From assembly GCA_027482225.1 (NCBI GenBank), contig JAIXWD010000005.1, positions 64,957-128,956 of the forward strand: a stretch of DNA of 64,000 nucleotides. Direction: 5' to 3'. Each line of letters begins with the position of its first letter. Positions within the stretch are counted from its first letter, which is position 1. The DNA is from Bacteroidota bacterium. GTDB taxonomy: Bacteria; Bacteroidota; Bacteroidia; UKL13-3. Shown here piece by piece: positions 8,459 to 18,683 of this stretch. The translations under genes and the position numbers were made by a program. A model generated the notes under the pieces. The model did not search any database and was not told the origin of the DNA. It saw nothing but the letters and a program-made list of their open reading frames with translations.

Positions 8459-9587
8459 CGATTTTTAGAATATCTTTTATCAATTGTTGAATGTGTTTAA
8501 CATCCATATCACCCATACAAGTATTGTTTCCGCCACAAGGTATTTGTTCGGTATGATGAATACATGGCGAGCATGGTTTATTTAAAAAATAAGTGTATTG
8601 TGTATCTGCAATACGTTGCACAGGGCTAATTGGTCCCCAAAATGAAATAACTGGCATTTTAAGTTTAATGGCAATATGAAGTGGAGCACTATCTATCGAT
8701 AACATTAAACGACCTTTTGTTCCTAGGAAGTTGTAGTACTCATCGAAAGTAAGTTTACCCGCTACATTCTTTACACGGTTTGTATCTAGTTTATTCAATT
8801 GAATAAAATCATCAATATCAGCGGTATCAATTGGTGCTCCAACTAAAGCTATATTATATGATGTTTGAGTGGTTATAAAATTACAAATTTGAACAAGCTT
8901 ACTATCTGGTAATTTTCTTAAGTGGCCACCTAATTCGCTGCAAGTATTATTAATAATAAAATAGTTTCGGGTGGCGTTAGCTTGGGTAAATTTTTGCTGA
9001 AACACAAACTGCTCGAACTTTTTTACACCCATGCTCTCCGCTAACTTTCGGTAGTTAATATCAACCCTTACAAATTGATTAAAATAGGTATTATGGGTGT
9101 TAAGGTAATTGCGGAAATTTGTTTTGTCCAACTGAAATCCAAAACGGTTTTTAGCGCAAGTCCAAGCTGATAAAATTGTTGTTAAAATAGAATACACCTC
9201 CAAATCAACCACCCAAAGCTTTTTCATAGTAAGCGCCTTTATCATAAATTTTGCGGTACTTTTAAGCATGGAAAACACATTTTTATCATCAATGCAAATA
9301 ATCTCATCAAAAAGTTCCAAAGGTTCAATTCCTTTAGCCACACCTTTGCCACACAATAATGTAAAGCGCGTATTGGGGAAATGTAATTTCATACTATGTA
9401 TGGCATCGCTTGCCATAATAATACTGCCAAGACCTAATATTTTTATTACTACAATATTTTCAGGATGCTTATCAATACTATGGTTACGCCTTAATAATAA
9501 GCCCAAACCCCTTACCAAAAACAGGTTTACACCAAGCAATACGCGGCCTATATAAACATCTATAAATTGTTTTAGCTTTAGGTTCAT
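8439..9587 (-). CDS. Glycosyltransferase family 9 (heptosyltransferase-like)
   Basis: An N-terminal IVVIKILGLGSIIM block resembles the GT9 [IV]xxLGD motif. The C-terminus has DSAPLHIAIKLKMPVISFWGPISP, typical of the GT9 C-terminal region. Confidence 0.65.
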   Translation of the reverse strand: MNLKLKQFIDVYIGRVLLGVNLFLVRGLGLLLRRNHSIDKHPENIVVIKILGLGSIIMASDAIHSMKLHFPNTRFTLLCGKGVAKGIEPLELFDEIICIDDKNVFSMLKSTAKFMIKALTMKKLWVVDLEVYSILTTILSAWTCAKNRFGFQLDKTNFRNYLNTHNTYFNQFVRVDINYRKLAESMGVKKFEQFVFQQKFTQANATRNYFIINNTCSELGGHLRKLPDSKLVQICNFITTQTSYNIALVGAPIDTADIDDFIQLNKLDTNRVKNVAGKLTFDEYYNFLGTKGRLMLSIDSAPLHIAIKLKMPVISFWGPISPVQRIADTQYTYFLNKPCSPCIHHTEQIPCGGNNTCMGDMDVKHIQQLIKDILKIDERSFA

Positions 9588-9737
9588 AACAAACGCAAAA
9601 TCAAATATTTTTTGTAACTAACAAAATACTTAGTGCAATACTGTATCATTTTAACTAAAACACGAGCTTCATAAATTCGCGAAATGTCTTATACTTGAAA
9701 TCTGATTAATTAATACCAATTGTAAGAGTAAAAACTT

Positions 9738-11216
9738 ATGTTACAACAATACACAGCCAAACAAAAACTAAGCGTTTACAGTATTGTAGGTTTGTTTGCG
9801 TTGATTTTTTGCAGTATATCATTAGTAAATCATTACCTATATAGAACCTACGCGTTTGATTTAGGAATTTACAATAACATGTTGTACTCCTACTCTCACT
9901 TTAAATTAAACTACACACCCTTACAGCAGCCTTTAGTTTATCATGCCTTTGCAGACCATTTTGAACCGGTGTTCTTTTTATTTGCTCCCTTCTATTGGAT
10001 TTTTGGCAGCTATACATTACTCATCATACAAATTATAATGGTAATTTTTGGTGGCATAGGTGCCATGCGGTTTGCAAAATTACACAGCAACAACAATACA
10101 CTTTCTATTGCCATTCTTATACAGTTTTATGCCATGTGGGGTGTATACTCGGCATTGGCATTTGATTTCCACAACAACATTACTGCAGCCATGATAGTAC
10201 CTTGGGTAATGGTATTTGCCCAACAAAAAAATATTAAACCATTAATTATTGCCTGGGCGGTTATTTTATTAAGTAAAGAAAACATGGCTTTGTATGGCAT
10301 ATTTGTTTGTTTGGGATTGGCCTTACATTACTTTAATGACAAACAACTACGCAACTTATTTTTAATACTTACTGCCGCATCTGCTGTGTATTTTGTATTG
10401 GTGGTGAAGGTATTTATTCCATCCTTTCAACAACCAGGTGCAGGTTATTTATACGATAGCATGTACAAGTCATTAGGCACAACACCAAAGGAAATATTAG
10501 GTAACATATTTAACAAACCTGGATACCTATTTAGTTTGTTGTTTGAAAACTATTCGGGTGAAGCATTATTTAACGGCATTAAATCTGAACTACATTTTTC
10601 AGTATTGATTAGCGGTGGTATTTTTATGCTTTACAAGCCACAATTTTTGGTGATGTTGATTCCGATTTATGCGCAAAAGTTATTTAATACAGATGCAGCA
10701 CGTTGGGGCATTAACTACCATTATAGCATTGAATTTGTTCCTGTATTAACAGCGTGTACTGTAGTATTTATTACATCAATAAATACAACAGAAAAGATTA
10801 GATACTACATAGGATTTTTTGTTGCAGTGATAACTCTTTATTACACCATTAGTAAAATGGATAGCCGTGTTTCTATTTGGTATGATAAAGTGAATACGCG
10901 GTTTTATGCGCCTGAACATTACAACAATAACCAAACAACTATAACCATAAGAGCTGAACTAAATGCACTACCACTTATAGATGAAGATGCAATTAGTGCT
11001 CAAAATAATTTTGTGCCTCACCTATCAAACCGTACATATATTTATTTGTACCCTGAAAGTAGTAAAGCAACACATATAGTTGTGGCTCCAAAAACCAATT
11101 TATATCCTTTAAAAGATTCGGCCTATAATAGTGTGCTTGATACACTGAAAAAAAGTAGTTATTGGCAAAACATTACCCCAAATAACCAAGAGGTATTTTT
11201 GTATAGGCGTAAGTAA
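9738..11216 (+). CDS. DUF2079-like polytopic membrane protein (putative GT-C glycosyltransferase)
   Basis: The N-terminal AFDLGIYNN motif is characteristic of the DUF2079 family. There are about 11 TM segments and a roughly 120-aa C-terminal soluble domain. Confidence 0.45.
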   Translation: MLQQYTAKQKLSVYSIVGLFALIFCSISLVNHYLYRTYAFDLGIYNNMLYSYSHFKLNYTPLQQPLVYHAFADHFEPVFFLFAPFYWIFGSYTLLIIQIIMVIFGGIGAMRFAKLHSNNNTLSIAILIQFYAMWGVYSALAFDFHNNITAAMIVPWVMVFAQQKNIKPLIIAWAVILLSKENMALYGIFVCLGLALHYFNDKQLRNLFLILTAASAVYFVLVVKVFIPSFQQPGAGYLYDSMYKSLGTTPKEILGNIFNKPGYLFSLLFENYSGEALFNGIKSELHFSVLISGGIFMLYKPQFLVMLIPIYAQKLFNTDAARWGINYHYSIEFVPVLTACTVVFITSINTTEKIRYYIGFFVAVITLYYTISKMDSRVSIWYDKVNTRFYAPEHYNNNQTTITIRAELNALPLIDEDAISAQNNFVPHLSNRTYIYLYPESSKATHIVVAPKTNLYPLKDSAYNSVLDTLKKSSYWQNITPNNQEVFLYRRK

Positions 11217-11227
11217 TAAACACTTTG

Positions 11228-12505
11228 CTAACCCACCCAATTTCCTGAAATAAAAAAATGGAATAAAAAGCTTTGTAATAGCATTCCACAAATACAAGTA
11301 ATATAACTTATAGCCCTATAAAATTTTGTAGTGTTTGGCATTGCAAGAAACACTGTTGTTAAGGTAAGGGTGATGGCCAATACCATTATAAGTTTGTGTT
11401 CAATATGCGAATGCGATATGGTAAAACCTAAAATGATAGCAAATCCTATTAGCATTAACGGTTTAATATTAACTTGAATTTTTTGTGTAGCCAATAAGTG
11501 TAAAAGTAGTAAGTAAAATGGGGTTGATAAAATGTATCTGTTTAAGCTAGCTAAACTTTCATGCTGGTATAACAGAATAAATGTTGTACCACCAGCAAGA
11601 TAAAGCAAAACAAATAAATCGGCAGTACTTAAGGCTCCGTTTATATTAAAAAGTCTCGATAACGGATTAGACCATTTATATTTATAGCTTAGCAAATTGA
11701 TGAAATAAGTTACCAAAACTAATTTGCAAAAAACACCTATCAATAGGGCTAAATTTTCAGTTAAAGCAACCGGTTTATGCCAACTAATATGTTTTAATTT
11801 GGGCCAACGCAAGTGATGATCCCAATATTGGTGTGCTTCAAAAAAACCGAAAAACCTACCTGTTTGTTGATACTGATATAGAAACACCAATACATTAACA
11901 ACAAATACAGCAAGCATGGCAAATACAATTAGTTTAACTTCTGCCCACTTTTTTTGTTGCATAAATTCGAGCATCAAAATCAATATAAACGACACTAAAA
12001 ATATCATAGAAGCAGATCGTGTACCAATGGCAATAAAGGCACCTAAAGCCAATAGCCAATAGTTGCTTTTACTAAAGCCCAATAAAATTAGAACAGATCC
12101 TAGAAAGAAAAAGCTTTCGGTATAAGGCATCATAAAAAAGAAACTTAAACCAACTGATGTAAAAACTACAATGGTATTAGTGAAGATACGATAATTTATT
12201 GAAATCATTATCGTTGCTAAAGCAAAAATAAAGTAGTTAATCAATCCCATTGCTATATTACCAACGTTTAGGGTTTTCCATACAAGTGGGAATAATGGAA
12301 AGAAGGCTAAATTATTCTGTTGGCCAGGTAAATAGATATAACCATGTTGGCGCATACCATTATACCAACCACAATCCCAATAACACCAATTGCTTTCATC
12401 AGGTAAAATACCATGCTGCTTAAAATAAAACCAAATTGTAAGTGCAACCAATAAAATTGGAAGTAACACAAGTAGAAGTAAAATGTAACCTTGTTTTTTA
12501 AACAT
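11228..12505 (-). CDS. GT-C family mannosyltransferase-like membrane protein (PIG-V/GT76-like)
   Basis: WDCGWY..GY..NLAFFPLFPLV resembles the PIG-V mannosyltransferase motif. The protein is polytopic. The ATG start at 12505 lies 6 bp after the mutL stop; the ORF-track start at 12511 is a TTG. Confidence 0.45.
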   Translation of the reverse strand: MFKKQGYILLLLVLLPILLVALTIWFYFKQHGILPDESNWCYWDCGWYNGMRQHGYIYLPGQQNNLAFFPLFPLVWKTLNVGNIAMGLINYFIFALATIMISINYRIFTNTIVVFTSVGLSFFFMMPYTESFFFLGSVLILLGFSKSNYWLLALGAFIAIGTRSASMIFLVSFILILMLEFMQQKKWAEVKLIVFAMLAVFVVNVLVFLYQYQQTGRFFGFFEAHQYWDHHLRWPKLKHISWHKPVALTENLALLIGVFCKLVLVTYFINLLSYKYKWSNPLSRLFNINGALSTADLFVLLYLAGGTTFILLYQHESLASLNRYILSTPFYLLLLHLLATQKIQVNIKPLMLIGFAIILGFTISHSHIEHKLIMVLAITLTLTTVFLAMPNTTKFYRAISYITCICGMLLQSFLFHFFISGNWVG

Positions 12506-12511
12506 ACACAA

Positions 12512-14353
12512 CTACCCTATCAATTTATAAAGTTCATCCAAGCTCAATGTACTAAAACAACTTTTTCCACCAGGCGAAAGTTTGTTTTCTGTACAAGCAA
12601 AAAGTTCATCCACCAAGGTATTCATCTCTTCAACACTAAGTCTTGTGCCGGGTTTTACCGATGCACGTTGCGCTAAAATCCGTGCTATATTTTGGTGTTT
12701 AGTACTGCCTGATTGTTTTTTGTAATTTTCTAAAACTTCATCAATTAAGTGTTGTTCGTTGTAATGATTTAACTCTGCAGGAACACCATTAATAGAAAAT
12801 GTATTACCTCCTAAATCATTCACATCAAAACCCAACGCCCTGATGTCAGCTAATAAATCGTTAAGCAACATGGCATCAGCAGCATTTAAATTAATGGTTT
12901 TAGGAAACAACTTTTGTTGGGTAGCCATGGGTTGATTTAGTAATGCTTGCATATATTTTTCATACAATACACGCTCGTGTGCAGCTTGCATATCAATAAG
13001 CATTACGCCACTTTTTATTTGCGATAAAATAAAAGTTGCGTGAATTTGCGTAAAATGTCTGGCCGAGTTTTGCTCCTCCTCCAAAGCCAACTCATCAAGT
13101 GTTTTATTATATCGTTTTGGCCCAACATCACCAATGGTATCTTTCTTTTCTAAAATACCAAACAGCTCTTGCCAATCTTTATTTTGTGTGCGATTTAATG
13201 TAAAAGAATCTCTGTTGTTATTAAATCCACCAATTGCATTAGGGTTTGTTACATGAGGTGATTCTGAATTTGGCTGATAGTTATTAGGATTTTGTGTTGG
13301 CGTGAAACGAGAGCCTAAATTTAAAAAGGAATCATCATTAGAAGGAACATAAGTTGGTACATGGTAATGTTCCCCTATCGCCTTTTTACAAACTGCGCGG
13401 AGTATTTGGTACAACGAGCGTTCGTCTTCAAACTTAATTTCTGTTTTAGTAGGATGTACGTTTACATCAATTTGCGTAGGGTCAATATCTATACAAATAA
13501 CATAAAACGGAAACTGCTCTTTACTAATTAAATTCTCGTAGCAGCTCATTACCGCATGGTTTAAATAAGCATCTTTAATAAACCTATTGTTTACAAAAAA
13601 GAACTGTTCACCACGTGTTTTTTTTGCATGTTCAGGCTTTCCAACATAACCCTTTATGGTGGCTATGGTTGTTTCTTCGTATGCAGTTAATAGATGGTTG
13701 CCAATTTTATAACCAAAAACCTGTTCAATTCGCTGAGGCAAATCGCCCCCACGTAGGTTATAAACCTCTTCGTTATTATTGTGTAAGGTAAAAGCAATTT
13801 CAGGATGAGCCAAAGCAGCCCGAGTAAACTCATCAAAAATATGGCGCGTTTCTACAGGATTTGATTTTAAGAAATTTCTGCGAGCGGGAATATTATAAAA
13901 CAAGTTTTTAACCACAACACTCGTTCCTTGATTGCAAGCAACACCCTCTTGCTTTTTAACTTCACTTCCCTCAATTAAAATGAGCGTTCCAATAGTATCC
14001 TGAGCATTTTTAGTTTTTAATTCAACCTGAGCAACACTTGCAACACTAGCCAAAGCCTCACCCCTAAACCCATTGGTTTTTATATGGTAAATATCTTCGG
14101 TTTGGGTTATTTTACTGGTGGCATGTCGCTCCCAACACATTCGCGCATCGGTTGGGCTCATTCCTTTTCCGTTGTCAATTACCTGAATTAATACTTTACC
14201 GCCTTCTTTAATCATTAACTGAATAAGTGTAGCTTCTGCATCAATTGCATTATCAAGTAACTCCTTAACCACAGAAGCCGGTCGTTGTATCACCTCGCCT
14301 GCTGCTATCTGGTTGGCTACGTGGTCGGGTAAAAGTTTAATTACATCACTCAT
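12512..14353 (-). CDS. mutL: DNA mismatch repair protein MutL
   Basis: The N-terminal GHKL ATPase motifs are present (NQIAAGEVIQRPASVVKELLDNAIDA, GFRGEAL). The length is 613 aa. Confidence 0.95.
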   Translation of the reverse strand: MSDVIKLLPDHVANQIAAGEVIQRPASVVKELLDNAIDAEATLIQLMIKEGGKVLIQVIDNGKGMSPTDARMCWERHATSKITQTEDIYHIKTNGFRGEALASVASVAQVELKTKNAQDTIGTLILIEGSEVKKQEGVACNQGTSVVVKNLFYNIPARRNFLKSNPVETRHIFDEFTRAALAHPEIAFTLHNNNEEVYNLRGGDLPQRIEQVFGYKIGNHLLTAYEETTIATIKGYVGKPEHAKKTRGEQFFFVNNRFIKDAYLNHAVMSCYENLISKEQFPFYVICIDIDPTQIDVNVHPTKTEIKFEDERSLYQILRAVCKKAIGEHYHVPTYVPSNDDSFLNLGSRFTPTQNPNNYQPNSESPHVTNPNAIGGFNNNRDSFTLNRTQNKDWQELFGILEKKDTIGDVGPKRYNKTLDELALEEEQNSARHFTQIHATFILSQIKSGVMLIDMQAAHERVLYEKYMQALLNQPMATQQKLFPKTINLNAADAMLLNDLLADIRALGFDVNDLGGNTFSINGVPAELNHYNEQHLIDEVLENYKKQSGSTKHQNIARILAQRASVKPGTRLSVEEMNTLVDELFACTENKLSPGGKSCFSTLSLDELYKLIG

Positions 14354-14495
14354 AATATAAATACGCCTGCAAAGTACGAAACAAAATGCAGTGTTAATAT
14401 GTACGTATAAAACTTAGTTTATAAAAGCACTAAAACTAAATGAATTTTAACTTTTTTTGTTGCTAATAGTGGTAGGCTATTATTTAGCAGAAAAC

Positions 14496-17402
14496 ATGAA
14501 TAGAGTTAAATTTTTACTTTGCATCATCTTGTTTCCAATTTTTAGTTGGGCACAAAACGGCACCATTAATTGGAATAAAAGTAATCCTTGGGTTGATTCA
14601 GTATATAATACATTAACCGATGATGAACGTATTGGACAGCTATTTATGATTGACGCATGGACCATGCGCGATTCGGCACACTACAACTATGTTGAATCTT
14701 TAGTACGTGACTATAAAGTTGGAGGAATAATATTTTTTAAAGGCACACCATACAAACAAGCTACATTAACCAATCATTTTCAAAGTAAAAGTAAAGTTCC
14801 TCTTTTAATTGGTATTGATGGCGAATGGGGATTAAGCATGCGTTTGGATAGTACGCCTGTTTACCCACGCCAAATGGTTTTAGGGGCTAGTGCAAACCCT
14901 GATTTAGTTTATGAAATGGGGCTAAGCATTGGATCACAATGCAAGCGCATGGGTATTCATTTTAATTTTGCACCTGATGTTGATGTGAACAACAATGCCA
15001 ATAATCCAGTAATTAACGACCGCTCATTTGGCGAAAATAAATACACTGTAGCCAAACTTGGTACTGCTTATGCCAAGGGGTTACAAGACATGCACATCAT
15101 TGCTTCCGCAAAACATTTTCCGGGCCATGGTGATACAGAAACAGATTCTCATTACGGATTACCAGTTATTAAAGCAAACAGAAAACGTTTAGACTCTCTT
15201 GAGCTATATCCTTTTAAAAAGTTGATAGATGAAAACGTGATGAGTGTAATGGTTGCCCATTTAAACATACCCGCGCTTGATACAAGCAACACACCTTCCT
15301 CATTATCAAAACCAATTATTACCGACTTGCTTCGAAATGAAATGGGATTTAAAGGCATTATTATTACCGATGCATTAAACATGAAAGGTGTAGCAGATTT
15401 ATACCCTCCTGGCGAGGTTGCAGCACGTGCCTTATTAGCCGGTAACGATATTTTATTGTTTGTAGAAAACGTACCTGCCAGCATGGCTAAAATCAAAGAG
15501 CATTTGTTGGATAGCACTTTAACTTGGGTACAAATTGAAAAAAGTTGTAGGCGCGTATTGATGGCAAAATATTGGGCAGGACTAAACAAATACGAGCCAA
15601 TTGAATTAACCAACTTAACATTAGACTTAAACTCTGGTGATGCACCTGAGATCATTAAAAAGGCTATTAAAAATAGCATAATTGTTGCAAAAAATTCGGA
15701 TGATATTATCCCAATTAAAAATCCTGAATTATATAAAATTGCTACAGTAGGTGTGGGTGTTCAGCAACTTACTGCCTTTCAGGAAATGTGCTTAAACTAT
15801 TGCAAAAGTGATTATTTTAGCATTGATAAAACAGACAAGAGCGTAAACTTCGACAGCTTATATTTAGCACTAGAAAAATACAACTTAATTATTTTAAGTC
15901 TTCACTCAACAAGCAGATTTGTAAGCAGAAAACTAGGCCTCACTCAAACACAAATAGATTTTATAAATCGAATCATTCAATCGCAGCGTAAAGTAATATT
16001 GGTTTGTAATGGTAATCCATACATTCTAAATAGTTTTCAAAATGCACGTAACGTAATTGTATCTTATGAAGATTTAGAATTATACAACCAATTAGCAGCA
16101 CAAGTATTGTTTGGCGGCATAACTGCAAAAGGTCATATGCCTGTAAGTGTGGGTGATGCTTTTCCATTAGGAAGTGGTATTACAACAACCACGTTGGATA
16201 GATTTAGTTATGTGTTACCAGAAGAAGCAGATTTAAACAGTGATGCTCTGGTTAAGTTAGACAGCATCGCTAATCAAGCCATAGTAAAAGGGGCAACTCC
16301 AGGATGTCAAATATTGGTGGCAAAACAAGGCAAAGTTATTTATCAAAAATCATTTGGTTCTCATACATACGATAATATTTCTGTTGTAAAAAACCATCAC
16401 CTATATGATGTAGCATCATTAACAAAAGTATTGGCTACCACTATTGCAGTAATGCATTTGTATGATGAACATAAAATAAAACTAGAGGAGAAATTAAGTA
16501 CTTATTTACCCATGTTAATTGGCACCAATAAAGACGAGATCACGGTGCATGACGTATTGCTTCATCAAGCAGGTTTACTGGCATACATACCCATTTACAA
16601 AAACACATTGATAAATGGCAAGCCTAATCCAATTATTTATCAAACCACATACGATAGCATATACAATAAACAGGTTGCGCCAAATTTATTTATGCATAAC
16701 GATTATGAGCAGTTTATATGGGATGCCATTTTAAACAGTGAAGTTAAACCCAAAGGTAACTACGTATACTCTGATTTAGGATTTATTTTATTGCGTAAAG
16801 CCATCGAAAATATTACACAAACACCAATTGATTCTTTTTTAAACGAACACGTATACAAGCCACTTAATTTAGCTAACCTTACTTTTAACCCACTAAAAAA
16901 AATAAATGCTGATTGGATTTTACCAACCGAAATGGATACATTTTTCAGATGGCAATTAATAAACGGAACCGTACATGATCAGACAGCGGCAATGCTTGGT
17001 GGTGTGAGCGGGCATGCCGGTTTATTTGCCAGCTCAAATGATGTGGCGGTAATAATGCAAATGTTATTAAACGGGGGTGAATATGGTGGTAAGCGAGTTT
17101 TAAAAGAAAGTACCGTCAACTACTTTACAAAAAAACATGGCAAATCGCGCAGGGGGCTGGGTTTCGACAAACCTGAAACCGATTTTAAAAAAGCCAGCCC
17201 AACTAGTAAGCAATGCTCGCCATATACTTTCGGACACACTGGATTTACTGGTACTTGCGCTTGGGTTGATCCGAAATCTAAATTGGTATTAGTATTTCTA
17301 TCTAATCGTGTTCATCCCTCATCAGAAAATAAAAAATTGATTGAAATGAATGTACGTACCAACTTACAAGATGCCATTTACGAGGCATTTATCTTTGATT
17401 AA
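14496..17402 (+). CDS. Bifunctional GH3 beta-N-acetylhexosaminidase (NagZ-like) fused to a serine beta-lactamase/PBP-family hydrolase
   Basis: The signal peptide starts at the ATG at 14496. The GH3 motif KHFPGHGDTETDSH is present. The C-terminal domain has SLTK (SxxK), YSD (YxN) and HTG (KTG-like) motifs. Confidence 0.8.
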   Translation: MNRVKFLLCIILFPIFSWAQNGTINWNKSNPWVDSVYNTLTDDERIGQLFMIDAWTMRDSAHYNYVESLVRDYKVGGIIFFKGTPYKQATLTNHFQSKSKVPLLIGIDGEWGLSMRLDSTPVYPRQMVLGASANPDLVYEMGLSIGSQCKRMGIHFNFAPDVDVNNNANNPVINDRSFGENKYTVAKLGTAYAKGLQDMHIIASAKHFPGHGDTETDSHYGLPVIKANRKRLDSLELYPFKKLIDENVMSVMVAHLNIPALDTSNTPSSLSKPIITDLLRNEMGFKGIIITDALNMKGVADLYPPGEVAARALLAGNDILLFVENVPASMAKIKEHLLDSTLTWVQIEKSCRRVLMAKYWAGLNKYEPIELTNLTLDLNSGDAPEIIKKAIKNSIIVAKNSDDIIPIKNPELYKIATVGVGVQQLTAFQEMCLNYCKSDYFSIDKTDKSVNFDSLYLALEKYNLIILSLHSTSRFVSRKLGLTQTQIDFINRIIQSQRKVILVCNGNPYILNSFQNARNVIVSYEDLELYNQLAAQVLFGGITAKGHMPVSVGDAFPLGSGITTTTLDRFSYVLPEEADLNSDALVKLDSIANQAIVKGATPGCQILVAKQGKVIYQKSFGSHTYDNISVVKNHHLYDVASLTKVLATTIAVMHLYDEHKIKLEEKLSTYLPMLIGTNKDEITVHDVLLHQAGLLAYIPIYKNTLINGKPNPIIYQTTYDSIYNKQVAPNLFMHNDYEQFIWDAILNSEVKPKGNYVYSDLGFILLRKAIENITQTPIDSFLNEHVYKPLNLANLTFNPLKKINADWILPTEMDTFFRWQLINGTVHDQTAAMLGGVSGHAGLFASSNDVAVIMQMLLNGGEYGGKRVLKESTVNYFTKKHGKSRRGLGFDKPETDFKKASPTSKQCSPYTFGHTGFTGTCAWVDPKSKLVLVFLSNRVHPSSENKKLIEMNVRTNLQDAIYEAFIFD

Positions 17403-17423
17403 TAAACATTTCAACCATCCCTG

Positions 17424-17460
17424 ATTACGCTAATCAAATTTTGTTTAGTTTTTTTATTAG
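17424..17460 (+). terminator. Weak candidate terminator downstream of the GH3-beta-lactamase gene
   Basis: A short hairpin TGATTA-cgc-TAATCA is followed by a T-rich tract. Confidence 0.3.
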
Positions 17461-17544
17461 TAGACAACTACTTATAAAGTAAATGTGCCATCAATACAAA
17501 AACTTAACTCGAATGTTTCATCTTTGTAACCTCAAAGTCAAAAC

Positions 17545-18681
17545 ATGAAAATAGGAATAGTTTGTTACCCAACATACGGTGGTAGTGGAGTAATTGCAAC
17601 GGAACTAGGTAAAGCACTTGCCGAACGTGGACATCAGGTGCATTTTATCAGCTACAAACAACCTGCTCGTTTAGATTTTTTCACCAATAACCTATTTTAT
17701 CACGAAGTATATGTGAGTAGTTACCCATTATTCGATTATCCTCCATATGAAACTACACTTACAAGCAGATTAGTTGACGTAGTGAAATTTGAAAAACTGG
17801 ATGTATTACATGTACATTATGCCATACCGCATGCATCTGCAGCAATATTCGCAAAACAAATATTAGCCACAGAGGGTATTCATATTCCTATAATTACTAC
17901 CCTACACGGTACAGATATTACCTTGGTAGGTAAGGATGCATCATTTACACCAGTTGTTACTTATTCATTAAATATGTCGGATGCCATTACTTCCGTTTCT
18001 GACTCATTAAAACAAGACACATACAAACATTTTAAGGTGACTAAAGAAATTAAGGTTATACCAAATTTCATAGATTTCGAACGTTTTAGTAAAAAACCAC
18101 GTGAACATTTTCGAATGGCCATTTCATCTCAAGGTGAAAAATTATTAGTACACACCAGTAATTTTAGAAAGGTTAAACGTGTAGAAGATGTTGTAAAAAC
18201 TTTTGCAAAGGTTGTACAGCATATTCCTTCTAAACTATTATTAGTAGGCGATGGGCCCGAAAGACAACAAATTGAAATATTATGCCGCGAGCTAGAGTTG
18301 TGTGACAAAATTATATTTCTAGGCAAACAAGATCCTGTAGAAGAAATTTTATCTGTTTGTGATTTGTTTTTAATGCCAAGTGAAACAGAAAGTTTTGGTT
18401 TAGCTGCACTTGAAGCAATGGCCTGCGAAGTTCCAGTTGTGAGCAGTAATGCAGGTGGTATTCCTGAATTAAATATTAATGGTGTTACTGGTTTTTTATG
18501 TAATGTGGGTGATTTGGAATGTATGGCAGAAAAAGCACTTTATATTTTAAGCGATGAAAAAAGGTTGTTAGAATTTAAACACAATGCGAAAAAACGAGCA
18601 CTAGAATTCCACATCGACAATATTTTACCTGAATACGAAAAAGTATACGATATGGTGATTAAAAATAAAAAAATCAGTTAA
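17545..18681 (+). CDS. bshA: GT4 glycosyltransferase, N-acetyl-alpha-D-glucosaminyl L-malate synthase (BshA-like)
   Basis: The N-terminus MKIGIVCYPTYGGSGVIATELGKALAERGH is the BshA signature. A C-terminal GT4 EX7E region is present. Confidence 0.75.
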   Translation: MKIGIVCYPTYGGSGVIATELGKALAERGHQVHFISYKQPARLDFFTNNLFYHEVYVSSYPLFDYPPYETTLTSRLVDVVKFEKLDVLHVHYAIPHASAAIFAKQILATEGIHIPIITTLHGTDITLVGKDASFTPVVTYSLNMSDAITSVSDSLKQDTYKHFKVTKEIKVIPNFIDFERFSKKPREHFRMAISSQGEKLLVHTSNFRKVKRVEDVVKTFAKVVQHIPSKLLLVGDGPERQQIEILCRELELCDKIIFLGKQDPVEEILSVCDLFLMPSETESFGLAALEAMACEVPVVSSNAGGIPELNINGVTGFLCNVGDLECMAEKALYILSDEKRLLEFKHNAKKRALEFHIDNILPEYEKVYDMVIKNKKIS

Positions 18682-18683
18682 TG

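Noticed and set aside
14457-14495. Upstream extensions produced by GTG/TTG starts called in the ORF track (for example 14457, 33027, 34050, 52177, 53265, 12511, 29575, 41119)
   Set aside because: In each case an in-frame ATG slightly downstream yields a typical signal peptide or conserved N-terminus. I used the ATG-based coordinates instead.
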